Assembly: GCA_043228905.1 (NCBI GenBank)
Contig: JBHGNT010000009.1
Coordinates: 20,708,001 to 20,772,000 of the forward strand
DNA from: Azolla caroliniana
Lineage: Eukaryota > Plantae > Polypodiophyta
Direction of reading: 5' to 3'
DNA length: 64,000 nucleotides
The translations under genes were made by a program, and so were the position numbers. Below, piece after piece: positions 1 to 11,625 of this stretch. The first letter of the stretch is position 1. The number at the start of each line of letters is the position of its first letter. Below the pieces are notes generated by a model that saw only the letters and a list, made by a program, of their open reading frames with translations, made no database searches and was not told where the DNA came from.

Positions 1-1432
1 ATTTTGCAAAATACTGGGCAAGAGTTGAGTCTGGAACAGACACCATCACATCCTCGAAGGAATACTTCCACATTGCTAACGGTTTGCTCTACCGTAATGG
101 GAAGGTTTGTGTTCCAGATTTACCCGAGGTCAAAAAGAGGATTCTTTTTTAATGCCATGATGCACCCTCAGCAAGGCACCCTGGAATACATCGTACACTC
201 GTTCTCATCTCCACTCAATTTTATTGGCCTAAGATGCGTCCTGACATACATAGCTATGTGACTAAATGTCACCAGTGTCATGTTAACAAAGCTGAGCGAC
301 TTAAAGCCGCAGGACTTTTACATCCCTTGGACATTCCCAATAATAAGTGGGAAAGTATATCCATGGATTTTATTGTTAGCCTTCCTCGCACCCAAAAAGG
401 TCATGATGCCATATGGGTTGTCGTTGATCGACTAACTAAAATGGCCAGATTTATTGCTACTAAAACCACGGTAACAGCTCCTGAATTGGCTTACCAATTC
501 GTTGACGAATTATTTCGTTTTTATGGGTTACCGATGGATATTGTGAGTGATCGAGATCCAAAGTTTACTAGTGACTTATGGACGCAAGTCTTTTAGAAGT
601 TAGAAACTACGTTGAGCATGAGCTCCACGGATCATCCTGAATCCGATGGACAGACAGAACGAGTAAATCAAATTATTGAGGATATGTTTCGAGCATACGT
701 TGGTGCAAAACCAACAAAATGGGAACGTTATCTCCCAATTTTGGAGTTTGCTTATAACAGCTCCAAGCATACGTCGACGGGATATAGTCCTTTTATGTTG
801 ATGTATGGTTTTCAGCCATGAGCCCGGATTGATGTTAATATACATCATGATGAGTTGCGAAGTACGCAAAACTTTCTTCGGGATATGCAAGATATGTTGC
901 ATATTGCACGAGATAATATAAAAACTGCTCAAGATAGAGCGCGTTTTTATGCCGATCATCATAGGCAACCTCGTGTATTAAACCTTGGACAGAAGGTATT
1001 TTTACGTGTACCTCACAATTCTAAGACATTGTCTACAGGTAAGTGCGCTAAGTTAGCCCCATGGTTTTGTGGACCTTTTACAATCCTCAAACGCATTGGG
1101 TCATCAGCCTATCGTCTTGCTCTTCCCGATGGTGTTGGAATTCATCTAGTCGTCTAAAAGAACTTCTAGGTTCTGGCGACAATACAGTTACAACTGAAAC
1201 TCTGGTTACTTCTGAAGAATTATCTTCTAAACCACATGTACCAGAAAGAATTCTCGATGTTAAAACAAAAAAATTACGTACTAAAGAAATCCAAGAATTT
1301 AAAATAAAATGGATGGATAAATCAATAAAAGATGCCACATGGGAACACGAAAATACTCTCAGAACTAATTTCCCTAACTTTCCATTGCAAGAGTGCAATG
1401 TTTTAAAGAGGGGGAGTATGTTACAAGCATGA
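1..1432 (+). pseudogene. Disrupted integrase-chromodomain part of pol of element C
   Basis: In-frame stops at 594-596 and 819-821. A small deletion/frameshift near 1150 removes the usual VFHVS motif. Confidence 0.85.
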
Positions 1433-2003
1433 ACATTTAATATCCTGTGGTGAGAATTTACCGTAGTATTCTATACACGTGGATAACTGTGAGGGTTAAA
1501 CGAGAGTGTAAAGAAGGGGATGATTACTTTTAATCCTCGGGATTGAGACAACCCATTAGGTCAAGTGTGAACTTGCCTGGGGGCCTTGGGTATCGCTATA
1601 AATAAGAGGCCTAGCTACCCTCATTTGATCATCTTTTGATTACATCGAGACTCTGCTCTTGTGGTGGGTCAACTCTTGTAGCGAGCGCGCCAACACCAGG
1701 TACGACTCGACGCCACGGCGGTGGTATGGGATGCCGATCAAGGCTCGAGTCCGTCTAGATCCCTTCGCTCGGGGGTGGTCGGGTGGATCGACACCCTTCT
1801 TTCTCTTTCTCCTTTCTATCTATCATTACTTTATCCTTATCTTAAGATTACTTTAGTACCTAGATCTCTAATATTTGGTCTTGTCCTAAAATTATGCAAA
1901 TATGGCAGATAATATTAAGGTTGTTGATATTGATACATGCTAATTGTGTGGTCACTTGGGGTGCGGTTAGGTGGGGCATTCTAGAGGGTCATCTCTTGTA
2001 ATA
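1419..2003 (+). repeat. 3' LTR of element C
   Basis: Starts TGTTACAAG 2 nt after the PPT and ends CTTGTAATA (inverted terminus with CA>TA mutation). TATA-like CTATAAATA near 1597. The partner LTR lies outside the window. Confidence 0.7.
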
Positions 2004-2220
2004 TGAAAAGGAGGACATAGTTCCTCCTCATATACAAATGGTTCAACCTTTTATAAGTGACAGTTTGTAATTTAGGGATGATATTATATGGAAGACAATT
2101 TCATCTATTTTGATGTGGGTAATTTGGAAAGCGTGATGTGCATCAATATTTGATAATGTCACTCAAGATGATGTTGTTATAATCTTTGAATTCTGGTTGT
2201 TACTTGTTCATACATTACGT

Positions 2221-2866
2221 TGTCGAGGTATTCCTCGTGGATGCGTGGAATGAGGCGGGACCTCGGGGGTCTTGTACCGAAGAGCAAGAGAGAAAGGAGA
2301 AGGGAAGAGACCCACTACGTGCGAGCGTAGATTCACAGGGACACGGCCCTTCGACACAAGACGCGAGCGGGAAACCGACACAAAGAGACACGAAGTTATG
2401 TATGTATATATTATCAGAGACAAACAACAAGAAACACGAGTTCGGTTACAACCGAACAGGCCGGCGAACAGATGCCGATGCCTGTTCGTAAACGCTCAGA
2501 AAGAAAGGAGTAGATTGGAGGTGCTGCCGGAAGCACTCGGGCATTCCTCAGAGCAGCGCGAGCCTCCCGAAAACCTGCACAGAAAGAAGCTGCCGAGTAT
2601 GGAAGAGAGAGAAGCCTTCGGTCGACAACCCAACAACACTTCGTCCCCTCTCTAAAACGTGATCCCCTCCCCCTTCTCGTCTCCCTCCTTTTATAGGCAA
2701 GGAAGGAGCCGTTTCCCCTTTTCTTCCTACCCACTAAATCTACCTACCTCGGATCTTCTATGTACCTAATTCTCCCTTATGTACAATATAAGGCGTACGG
2801 GCATGAAGAGCCGGTTCCTATGCCCTGGTGCACCGATTCCGCTTGTGGACGGTTTTCTTCACGACA
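2221..2866 (-). repeat. 3' LTR of element A
   Basis: Direct repeat of 16432-17077 with about 14 transitions by manual count. TATA (CCTATAAAA on minus) near 2689-2697. Confidence 0.96.
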
Positions 2867-2883
2867 TCCGCCCCCACCTAACC
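2867..2883 (-). other. Polypurine tract of element A
   Basis: GGTTAGGTGGGGGCGGA on the minus strand, abutting the 3' LTR. Confidence 0.85.
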
Positions 2884-2939
2884 GCGCATCCTCCGGCATG
2901 CGCCAAATTGAGTTGGGACGGAGAAAACCAGTCCAGCCT

Positions 2940-5900
2940 TCATTCCCCGCCCGTCGGTTCTTCCTCGGTTTCGGATCGTTCGTCGTTGCGGTCCAGGTTA
3001 ACCGGATCCGGCTCGTCGTCGTGACGCTTCTTGAACGCTTTGATCCGCTTCCCAGCTACCGATATCGCCATTCTCGTACCGTCGAGTTCCGCCAGATGGT
3101 ACGTCCCGTTGTCGTTGGCGCTTTGTACCACGTAAGGCCCGAACCACCTTCTTGCGAACCTTCGTGTCGCTCGGTGCTGGTTGTCGAGGCTGCTGTCGTA
3201 GACTAGCACCCAGTCGCCTTCCTCGATCTTCTTCGGTCGGAGCCGGTGCGTTCGGTCGAACTGGGCTTTGTTCCTCGTCCTTGCCACCCGAAGCCTTCCC
3301 GCAACCTGCTCCACGTCCTCCGGCCTTCGCTCGAGCTGTCGTATGTGCGCCGTCAACAATTCCTCCCGGCTCATCTCGTCTCTCCAGTCCACGGTTGCCC
3401 ATGAGGAAATCGTACGTTCCATCGGCATGATCGGCTTCTGCCCAAACATGAGCTCTGCCGGCATGAATCCGGTTACCGAACTGTGCGTAGTTCGGTCAGC
3501 CCACAACGCGTAAGGCAGCAGCCGCGGCCAGTTCCCGACTTGTCCTCCGCATGCCCGAACTAACGCCTTGACAATCGGTCCGTGCCCACGCTCCACCTTC
3601 CCATTCGCCTCCGGATTGTACGCAGTGGTAAGCGAGAGATTGACTCCTAACCGGTCGAACAGCTCCTCGGCCTCTTCGGCGTCCAACTCCCCGCGATCAG
3701 CCACGATCTTCCCGACGCACCCGTACCGTTATATCACGTCCTCGATCAGGAACCGACATACGGCCACGGTCGTTTTGTTCTGAAGGGCTCGGCCCTCCAC
3801 CTGGTTCGTCAGATCTTCCCGAGCCAGGACCAAATACCGCATCTGTCCTACTCCCATCGGCATCGTCACCAGATCTACCATCCATTTGAAGTGGATGGTC
3901 GGAGGGTACGTAGGGTGAAGCTCGTCCCGATGTCGGACTACGGAGTGCATCTGGCAGCTCTCACAAGTTGTCACAAACCGATGCACGTCCCGGTACAGTC
4001 CCGGCCACCAGTACTTCCCCTTTATCTTCTCGAACGTGGCCCACGTTCCACGGTGTCCAGCCCAAGGGCTGTCGTGGTAGGCCGTCAGCAGCTCCTCCTG
4101 TTCTTCCTTCATCGCCACCATAAGTATCCGTCCCGGAGAAAGAATCGGTATGCTTTCTTCCGGATCCGGCTGGTCTCGTCCCTCGTCCATGACGCATTCG
4201 GCGTCATGGTCCTTAAGAACCCACCGATCTGTAGCCACTCACCGTCGTACTTGCTCTCGTCGAAGCCGTTAAGCGCCGGAGTGCTCGTCCCATCGGTCGT
4301 CACGTACGCTGCGAAGAAGTCCACGCCGACTTCTTCGTCCTCCGAAACCATGCTGCCCTCATCATCAAACCTCGCCCTCGAAAGCATGTTGGCCATGGCG
4401 TTGTCCTTTCCGGAAATGTGTCGTATTTCCGGGTCCAGGGACTTGATGTACGTTATCCACCTGAGCATCGCCAGGTCCGGTGTCGCGCATCCGGAAACCA
4501 TGCCGAGAATTGGCAGGCAATCCGTCTCGATAACCACTTCTGTCCCGATTAGGTAGTCTTTGTCGGCCTTTACTGCCAAAACGATACCCCAGAGTTCGTG
4601 TTTAACCTGGGCGTACCCTCGCTGTCGCTCACTGAGGACCTTCACGCCGAATCGGATCGGGAACCGAATGCCGTCCTTGTCTTCTTGGTTGACGACCCAT
4701 CCGATCTCGGTCGGCCTCGTATCCACCGTTATGTATACCGGGGTACCCTTCTCGTAGACAGCCTTCCGGAGCGTCGGTGCTGCCGCAAGAGCTTCCTTCA
4801 GCTTTCGGACTGACTCCGTGTGCTTGTCTCGCCACTCGAATTTTCGTCCCTTCTTCAGCAACCCGTATAGCGGCTCCGCAACGTGGGCGTAATGCGGGAT
4901 CCATATGTGGTAGAACGCACACGCCCCCAGGAACCTCCGAACTTCCGTAACCGAGCTACAGTCGGTCTTCATCGCAGAGATGGCTTCTACCTTTGCCGGA
5001 GACGGCTTCCGGCCATATGGTCCACATAGGTGTCCGACCACCAGGATTTCTGATTGCCCGAAGGCCGATTTCTCCCCGGAGAAGGTGAGCCTCGCATCCT
5101 CTAGCCTTTGTAGCACCTTCTCGCAGTCGTCGATGTGTGCTGCCACGAATCGCCGGCATCCGTCCGGCCCGAGTGTCTCGTCCTTCTCTTCCACCGGGCA
5201 CCCCTTGATCAGGATGTCGTCTAGAAACAGCATGGTGACGTCCGGGATGCAATCCCTCAGTACCTTGTTCATTGCATTCACCATGTGGGCCACCGAGTTA
5301 GTCCCTCCTTGTGGCAGGGTACACATTCGCACTAGGCCGAGGGGAGTTCGCATTGCCGTAATGTCTCTGCTCTCCACGGCTAGCTGGAACTGGTCGTACC
5401 CTGAGTACAGATCACCGACCGAGTAAATCGACCTTCCGGCGAAGGCCTCCGCGAACTCGTCTATGGTCGGTCCGATTCTTGCGTTCCGAATGGTCACTCT
5501 GTTGACCGGTTGCAGGTCTTGAATGAAGCGCAATGTTCCGTTTTTCTTCGGTACGGTAAACCATCGGTTCGAGTATGGGGCACTCAACGGTTCGAGAATT
5601 GCCCATATCGACTTTCTGCCTCAGTAGCTCCATCAACTTCAGGATGTGAGCTCTTGGTACCGGAATCGGCTTGAGATTCTACGGTACATGCGGTACCATG
5701 AATATCACCATCGGCTCCACGATTGTTGGGTCTACGCACCCGATCTCTTCCGGTGAGAATGCGAAGGCTTTCCCGTGGCTTCCGAGCATTCTCCGAAACC
5801 GGTCTTCCTCCGCTGGCAGTAGGAACCCGCCCCCACCGATTTTGAGCTCCCGGAGCGTCCTGTCGGTGAAGGTGTGTCCTATGCAGACCGGATCTCGCAA

Positions 5901-6401
5901 ATTGGGGTCCGACGCAACCCCTCTGATTCGGGACTCGCTGCCCTCCGGTAAGGGTGCCGCGACGGGCCTTACCTTCCGGTCCACAGTCTTGTACTTCGTG
6001 CTAACTCGGGCCGTCCGGCCCAACCCGAGCCGCTGACTGAAGTCCGCGATGACTTCGTACATCTCTTCGGAACATACCAGTATCGTCCGGTCTTCGTTAA
6101 GGTCTTCTCCGGCTACCTTCCTCAGCATTCCCAAGGTGTCGTCGAAGGAGACCGCCTCCACGGCTCCGCTGATTTCCTCGTCCGGGTCGAGGACTCCGCA
6201 CGCTCGATGTCGCTCTTCCGCCCTTGCCTTCTCTCGGCCAACGATGCCGACTATCATACACCCTCCGTCGTTGGAGAAGCAAAATTTTCTACCCATCGTA
6301 CAAGGATTCTTCGGTTTCGGTTCTATCGTACAGTTGTGGGGTCTTTCCCGAATGTCTGGATTGTCTCGGCCCCACGCCTTGGCAGCCCTCTCTAAAAATC
6401 C
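2940..6401 (-). pseudogene. pol (linker-RT-RNaseH-integrase) of element A, disrupted
   Basis: RT motifs LRFIQDLQPVN, DLYSGYDQ, LPQGGTNS, FLDD; RNase H; integrase HHCC and DDE. Stops at 5679-5681 and 3729-3731, frameshifts near 5600 and 4140. Confidence 0.92.
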
Positions 6402-8313
6402 TCCCGGTTCTCGCCACCGAGGGATTCGCGGTTCCGCTCGTGGTTTGGTCGCACCGTCAGAAATTGGACCGAATGGCGCCCGTCTTGGCTTTTGACCCTC
6501 GCGTAGGCCGAACCGTTGTCTAGCACCTTCGTCTCCATCCGCGCCGCCGTGATGTATGGTTCCCCTAATATGACCGGGTGCGAGGACGTCTCCTGTACGA
6601 AGAAGTGCTGGTCAATCTCGACATCGCCGATCTTGACTCGCACGTTCGGGCAAGCCCCGTGCAGTTCCTCGGTGGCGCGCTTCGCCGCCCGTACCTTCCA
6701 CTCGTGCTTGGTGTTGATCGGCCACTTTCCCTTATTATAGAAGTCCATGGACATCAGGTTTATTTCCGAACCGTGGTCCACCAATGTCACCACCGGTTCC
6801 TGAACATCTCCGATCTTTACCGGGGTCTCCGTGGTCGCTCGGGCCCAATGTGGCCTCGAATAGTGGCTCTCCGCCCACTCATCTGCCAGCGCCGAGTCGT
6901 CGATGTGCGTCGTCCGCACCTCCACCGGTCTCTCCGGTTCCGTCTCCGTCGACAGCCTCTTCCGCTTCACCAAGTCCACAATGGAGTCGTGGAACTCCTT
7001 CTTAGCGATCCCTAGCACCTCCCACAATGACAGCTCCACTTTGTTGTCGAGGATCCGCTCTTCTAGGACCTTTCGTAGGTTCGTGGTCCTTTCTATTTCC
7101 GTCCCCAGTCGGTATCCGCCCTTCCTGGGGTTATCTTGCGCGCTGGACCCACCGGCATCGTTCCATCGTTGCCCGAATCGGGTCTCGTATCGTTGTGAGG
7201 GCCCGGCCGCTCCGGCTTTCCCCACTCGTTTGTCTTCCACCAGAGCCTCGTAGTTCCGGCAGGCGGCTTCTACGAAGCCCGTCGTCTCCTCGACCGGGTC
7301 GCTCCACCCGGTTATTTCCCGGACCCGTTTCTCAGCGCGGTCCGCTTCATCTTCCCTCAGCCGTGCGCCGGCGAGGCCTTCCAGCATTGCCGACCAGAAT
7401 CCATCTTTGCTCTCCTTTCAGGCCTCGTTGCCCCCGACCCGAATACCGGCCGACGCCGAGTAGTGGATGGCCTCCACGTGTCGGGCCGCTGCCTCTTCCA
7501 TCAGTCTCTTCATACCTCCTCGCCCGTCGTTTCGGTTCAGGGCCCTTCTGGTGTCGCCGACGTGCACCCGGCCTTCCCACAGGTACACCACCCGGTTCCT
7601 CAACGCCTCTGCGAAATCGTCGCAGTCCTTTTGAATGTGGCCGACCTCGTCGCACCACATGCACCTGTTCCCTGCTGCCGGCCGTCGGTCACGAGCCGGT
7701 TCGCCGCCTTCCCTTCGAGTGCGGGCGATCTGGAGATCCTTTATCGCCCGCATCAACTCCTCCAGCGCTGCTCCTCCGGACGAGCCATTGACCATGCCGG
7801 TCGAAGCCGAACCGGTTTCGAGCCATTCTCGGGTCTCTTCCCTTCGCCCTTGCGGTGCCGTTTCAAGCCTCCTTGCTGTGACAGAGCCCACTCCGGCTGC
7901 CCCGTTGTCAGCCCATTCTCGCCGTTTGTCGAAACGGCCACAGACTCTCTTAACCGCAGTCCAGTCGGTCGTCAGCCCGTCTTCGGTTTCTAGCAAGGAG
8001 CCGACTTGATCCCGGTCCCGCTCGTCCACCGACTTGACGAACAGTAGGACCTGGCTCGTATCCAGAACGGTTCGGTCAAGCGCCGAAAGGCGCACAAAGT
8101 GTTCCTCAAACTCCCCGAGGAGTGCTTACACATTTCTTCCCTTGCCGGGGGACTCCACCCATTCCATGAAGTCCCGTTTCGAAAGCCGGAGCGCGTCGTC
8201 CAGCCTGTATTTCTCCAGTAGTCGGCCTTCGAACTCCTCCCAGGTACGGCTCTCCACCCGTACCTCGAGCACCTCCGCATGGATGCTCGGCATCGCCACT
8301 CGAGGGAACCCGG

Positions 8314-9383
8314 TGTCGTGAAGTACGAAAGCTTCACATTAAAAGTCTACAATAAGATAAATACGTAATGAAAATAACATTTGATAATGTTTTATATATA
8401 AAGATAATATTAACAACACATATGATAATATTATATATATGTAAAGAAAAATAATATATATATATAGATAAATATATTATATTACACGAATAAGAGAGGA
8501 CTTGAACCAATAACCCCACCCTATGACTCTCAAATCTTACCATTTACTCTATACTAGTAATATACATAAAATAAAGCATACTTTATATATACTTTATATT
8601 ACATAAAGGATTTGCTTCATGATATAAGAATAAAGTTGTATGTTGTATTCATAAGATTCGAACCCACAACCTCATATAGCACACCTACCATTAGGCTAGG
8701 CATATATTTTCATGTTTATTGTTATTGCATATATTGTTTCTTACATAAAAGCTCAAATGAGCGAGATGTTTATCATGCATCACATGTAATGCATGAACGC
8801 CAAATGGCGATCATACATCACATGCATTTCATGCACTACATGCATGACTTGAACCCTCCAATGCATCATATGCATGGGGACACCTATTTAAATGGTGAAA
8901 GAGAAGATCAAAGGGAGATATGTATGAGATATGAATCAAATTATATATTTCATAAGAGATACCATAAAAATAGAGAAAGAAGGGAAGAAGTTTAACATAA
9001 ACGTGGAGCTCTAGCTTGGCGGTCGTGGTGGTCAACTCTCAACAAGAGGGAGGCGGTTCGAGCCTTATCTTCATCAAAATATTGAAGTGAAGATTGTAAT
9101 GGTCTACGATCAAGAAAGAGAAGAGCGATTACCTTGCAAGACAAAGTTCGGAGGTTCAATGATGTGCACAATCATTTTGTAACTCTTTTATCAAATAATT
9201 ATAAATCTCTTTTATTGCTTCAAATATCATTCTATATCCTATCTTGTCATATCTTGTTGATCACTATTTATCTATCTCTACTCTTTCGTCTCTTCCGTCC
9301 ATAATCCCAGTGATTCCTTCCTCACTTTCACGATATCTTTTGTCTACGCAACGCTACGCTTCTAGGCGAGCCACGCCACGACA
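8314..9383 (+). repeat. 5' LTR of element B
   Basis: TGTCGTGAAG...CACGACA, direct repeat of 15116-16179. TATA-like CTATTTAAA near 8885. Confidence 0.96.
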
Positions 9384-9388
9384 CAATT

Positions 9389-9406
9389 TGGTGAACCCGA
9401 CGTGAA
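9389..9406 (+). other. Primer binding site of element B (tRNA-Trp)
   Basis: TGGTGAACCCGACGTGAA is complementary to the 3' end of plant cytosolic tRNA-Trp (…TTCACGTCGGGTTCACCA, recalled sequence). Confidence 0.85.
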
Positions 9407-9450
9407 ACGGGGAAGTAGAAGAGACATCTAAAGTAAAGATCAATATCAAC

Positions 9451-11625
9451 ATGGCAAGTACGAGTGCAATGGATCCGGTAATGTTGTTTATTGAAAAGTT
9501 GAATCAAGATCGATTATTTCATGCCTTACGAGAAGTCCGAGAGAAGATTGGTATGTTTGATGGCACAAATATTTCGAAGTATGTGAATATATATTATGAT
9601 GAAATGGAAATGTCTGGTATAAATGATGTCAATATGATAGCAAACTTTTATAAATTAGTGGACATGGAATTAAGAGATAGAATTCATGAAATACAAGCAT
9701 TGCATAGTTTGGATTGGAACGCATTCAAAGAAGCACTTGTGTCTGAATATGCTCGTGAGGATTTCTCTCGAGTTACTATGCGTTTATTTCATGAATGGAT
9801 CTTAAAAGAAGATAAAGGGTTATCTGTGGCTGACACAAAAAAAGAGTTTGATAGGATGTATGGACACTTAAAGCCAAAAGAAAGAAATTCTTTGTCTTGG
9901 CAAAAGGTTGCTTTATTTTTGCAGGCAGTTGACAAGAGATATAGAAAAGAATTGGAATTCATGCTTGAAGTACCAAATACTGAGGATGGTATAACTGCAG
10001 ATTGGAATGAGGTAACAAATGCTTGTAATAAATTTATGAAAAGAATGCAAAAGAATGGTGCAATGCTACAAATACCACATGTGGGAATCACAAATCGGCT
10101 TGAGCAAAACATCGAAGTTCAAAGACTTGGTCGAGAACCATCACACGAAATGGTCCATCATTCACGAGAAATGATCGAAACTAAGAGTGAGTCTTTGCTT
10201 GATGATTTAGTTCAAAGTATGAAAGATCTAACAATTAAAGTGGCAAAGCTTGAGAATGGTCAGACTTCGAGGTCAAGGGAACCATTTCGACCTCGATGCA
10301 TGTGGTGTGATAGTCTCGAACATCGATTACGTGATTGTGCGGAATATAAAGACATGGAAAATCGAGACTTGGTCTATTGGAAAAATGGTAACATTTATTT
10401 AACTGAAACTAGAAGTCCACTTACAAAGAACTTTGGTGATGGTGGTGTTAAGGTTAAATTTGAAGAAGCTGAAGAAAAGAAGGCTTCCGCAATGTACTAC
10501 TCGGCAACAGCAGGAATGCGCCTCGATGACATGCCATCTCGGTCATCATTCTGGGAGAAGGTTGTAAGTACCGCACAAAAGCAAAAGATGAAGATGGAAG
10601 ACCTTCGTGTTGCCGGAGATTCTGTAAGGAAAAACACTGGATGGGATGTTCCAGTAGATGCTATGACGGTCTATGCTCAGATGGCAGAACACCAAGAGCA
10701 TGAGGTGATAGTGGAAGAAAAAAGGAAAAGATCGGATGATGAGATTGGCTCAACCAAAAAGCATGAAACAAGAGAAAGCAAAAGAAAAGAGATGGACGCA
10801 AAAGTTGAAAAAGGTAAATCTGGTCCTTCATTCAAATTAATGTCTGATATTGAAAAGGATACAGATTTAAAGAAAGTTTTAGAAACAAGAATACTAGACA
10901 GTCGAGTAGAATTTACACTAAGAGAAGTGTTAGGTATTGCAAAAAAGGAATTTCATGATGAAATAATTGATATTGTGCGAAGAAAGAAGCAAGTAAATGA
11001 GCAGGTTAAAGAGACAAATCCGAAGGTGGCATATGAAGTGGTGAGCAACGAGTCAAACAATATCGTTGTTGACTCTCAACATGCATCAACCTCAATGATA
11101 AATTCAACAGATGTAAGAAGCCATTACTCTCGCAAATGTTGGGCAAGAGCCACTACTGAGACTCATGTGAAGATTGGAAATGTTCCAGACCCCGTGATGG
11201 CACTTATTGATCATGGTTCTGAAATAAATATAATGAGTGCTGATTTTTACAGGAAAGGTAGATGGCCAATTGATACTCAACATGGTTGGCGAGTAAAAGC
11301 TGCCACATCAGTCACGGAAGATTTATTTGGTGCATGCCCAAATGTAAAGGTTACTATTGGTGATATAGAGGTAGATCAACATTTCTTTGTGCAGGAAGGA
11401 TCTACCTATCCAATAATCCTGGGGCAACCATACATTACAGCGGTACGAATGGAGACCAAAGTCCTCGACAATGGTTCTGCCTATGCAAAAATCCGTAGCC
11501 AAGATGGACGACGAACTGTACAATTTATGACAGTTCGCCCAAATCATGAGAGGAACAAGCAAGAGCTTCGTGATCATTCAATACCAAAAGACTATGATGA
11601 TTTTGATAATCAGGTTTTTGACTAG
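9451..11625 (+). CDS. gag: Gag-aspartic protease polyprotein of element B
   Basis: 724-aa ORF with CCHC knuckle CMWCDSLEHRLRDC, protease LIDHGSEINIM and IILGQPY. Confidence 0.92.
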   Translation: MASTSAMDPVMLFIEKLNQDRLFHALREVREKIGMFDGTNISKYVNIYYDEMEMSGINDVNMIANFYKLVDMELRDRIHEIQALHSLDWNAFKEALVSEYAREDFSRVTMRLFHEWILKEDKGLSVADTKKEFDRMYGHLKPKERNSLSWQKVALFLQAVDKRYRKELEFMLEVPNTEDGITADWNEVTNACNKFMKRMQKNGAMLQIPHVGITNRLEQNIEVQRLGREPSHEMVHHSREMIETKSESLLDDLVQSMKDLTIKVAKLENGQTSRSREPFRPRCMWCDSLEHRLRDCAEYKDMENRDLVYWKNGNIYLTETRSPLTKNFGDGGVKVKFEEAEEKKASAMYYSATAGMRLDDMPSRSSFWEKVVSTAQKQKMKMEDLRVAGDSVRKNTGWDVPVDAMTVYAQMAEHQEHEVIVEEKRKRSDDEIGSTKKHETRESKRKEMDAKVEKGKSGPSFKLMSDIEKDTDLKKVLETRILDSRVEFTLREVLGIAKKEFHDEIIDIVRRKKQVNEQVKETNPKVAYEVVSNESNNIVVDSQHASTSMINSTDVRSHYSRKCWARATTETHVKIGNVPDPVMALIDHGSEINIMSADFYRKGRWPIDTQHGWRVKAATSVTEDLFGACPNVKVTIGDIEVDQHFFVQEGSTYPIILGQPYITAVRMETKVLDNGSAYAKIRSQDGRRTVQFMTVRPNHERNKQELRDHSIPKDYDDFDNQVFD

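Larger units (their letters stand above)
1..2003 (+). mobile_element. 3' part of a decayed Ty3/gypsy chromovirus LTR retrotransposon (element C): integrase, chromodomain, PPT and 3' LTR
   Basis: Integrase zinc finger and core (CHQC, WESISMDF, VVVDRLTKM, IVSDRDPKF, DGQTERVNQ), GPF module (WFCGPFTIL) and chromodomain-like PERILD...IKW...DATWE. PPT AAAGAGGGGGAG at 1405-1416. Confidence 0.9.

Noticed and set aside
1963-1976. 14-nt match (GCGGTTAGGTGGGG) in element C's LTR to element A's PPT region
   Set aside because: Short, G-rich and with no flanking homology; plausible by chance.
2760-8337. Many overlapping plus-strand and alternative-frame ORFs over element A
   Set aside because: Expected shadow ORFs of GC-rich coding DNA; no recognisable domains and not conserved in element B.
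8334-9035. Small ORFs in B's LTR, including a His/Met-rich one, repeated at 15136-15831
   Set aside because: Products of AT-rich and CATG-repeat sequence; frames are broken differently in the two LTRs.
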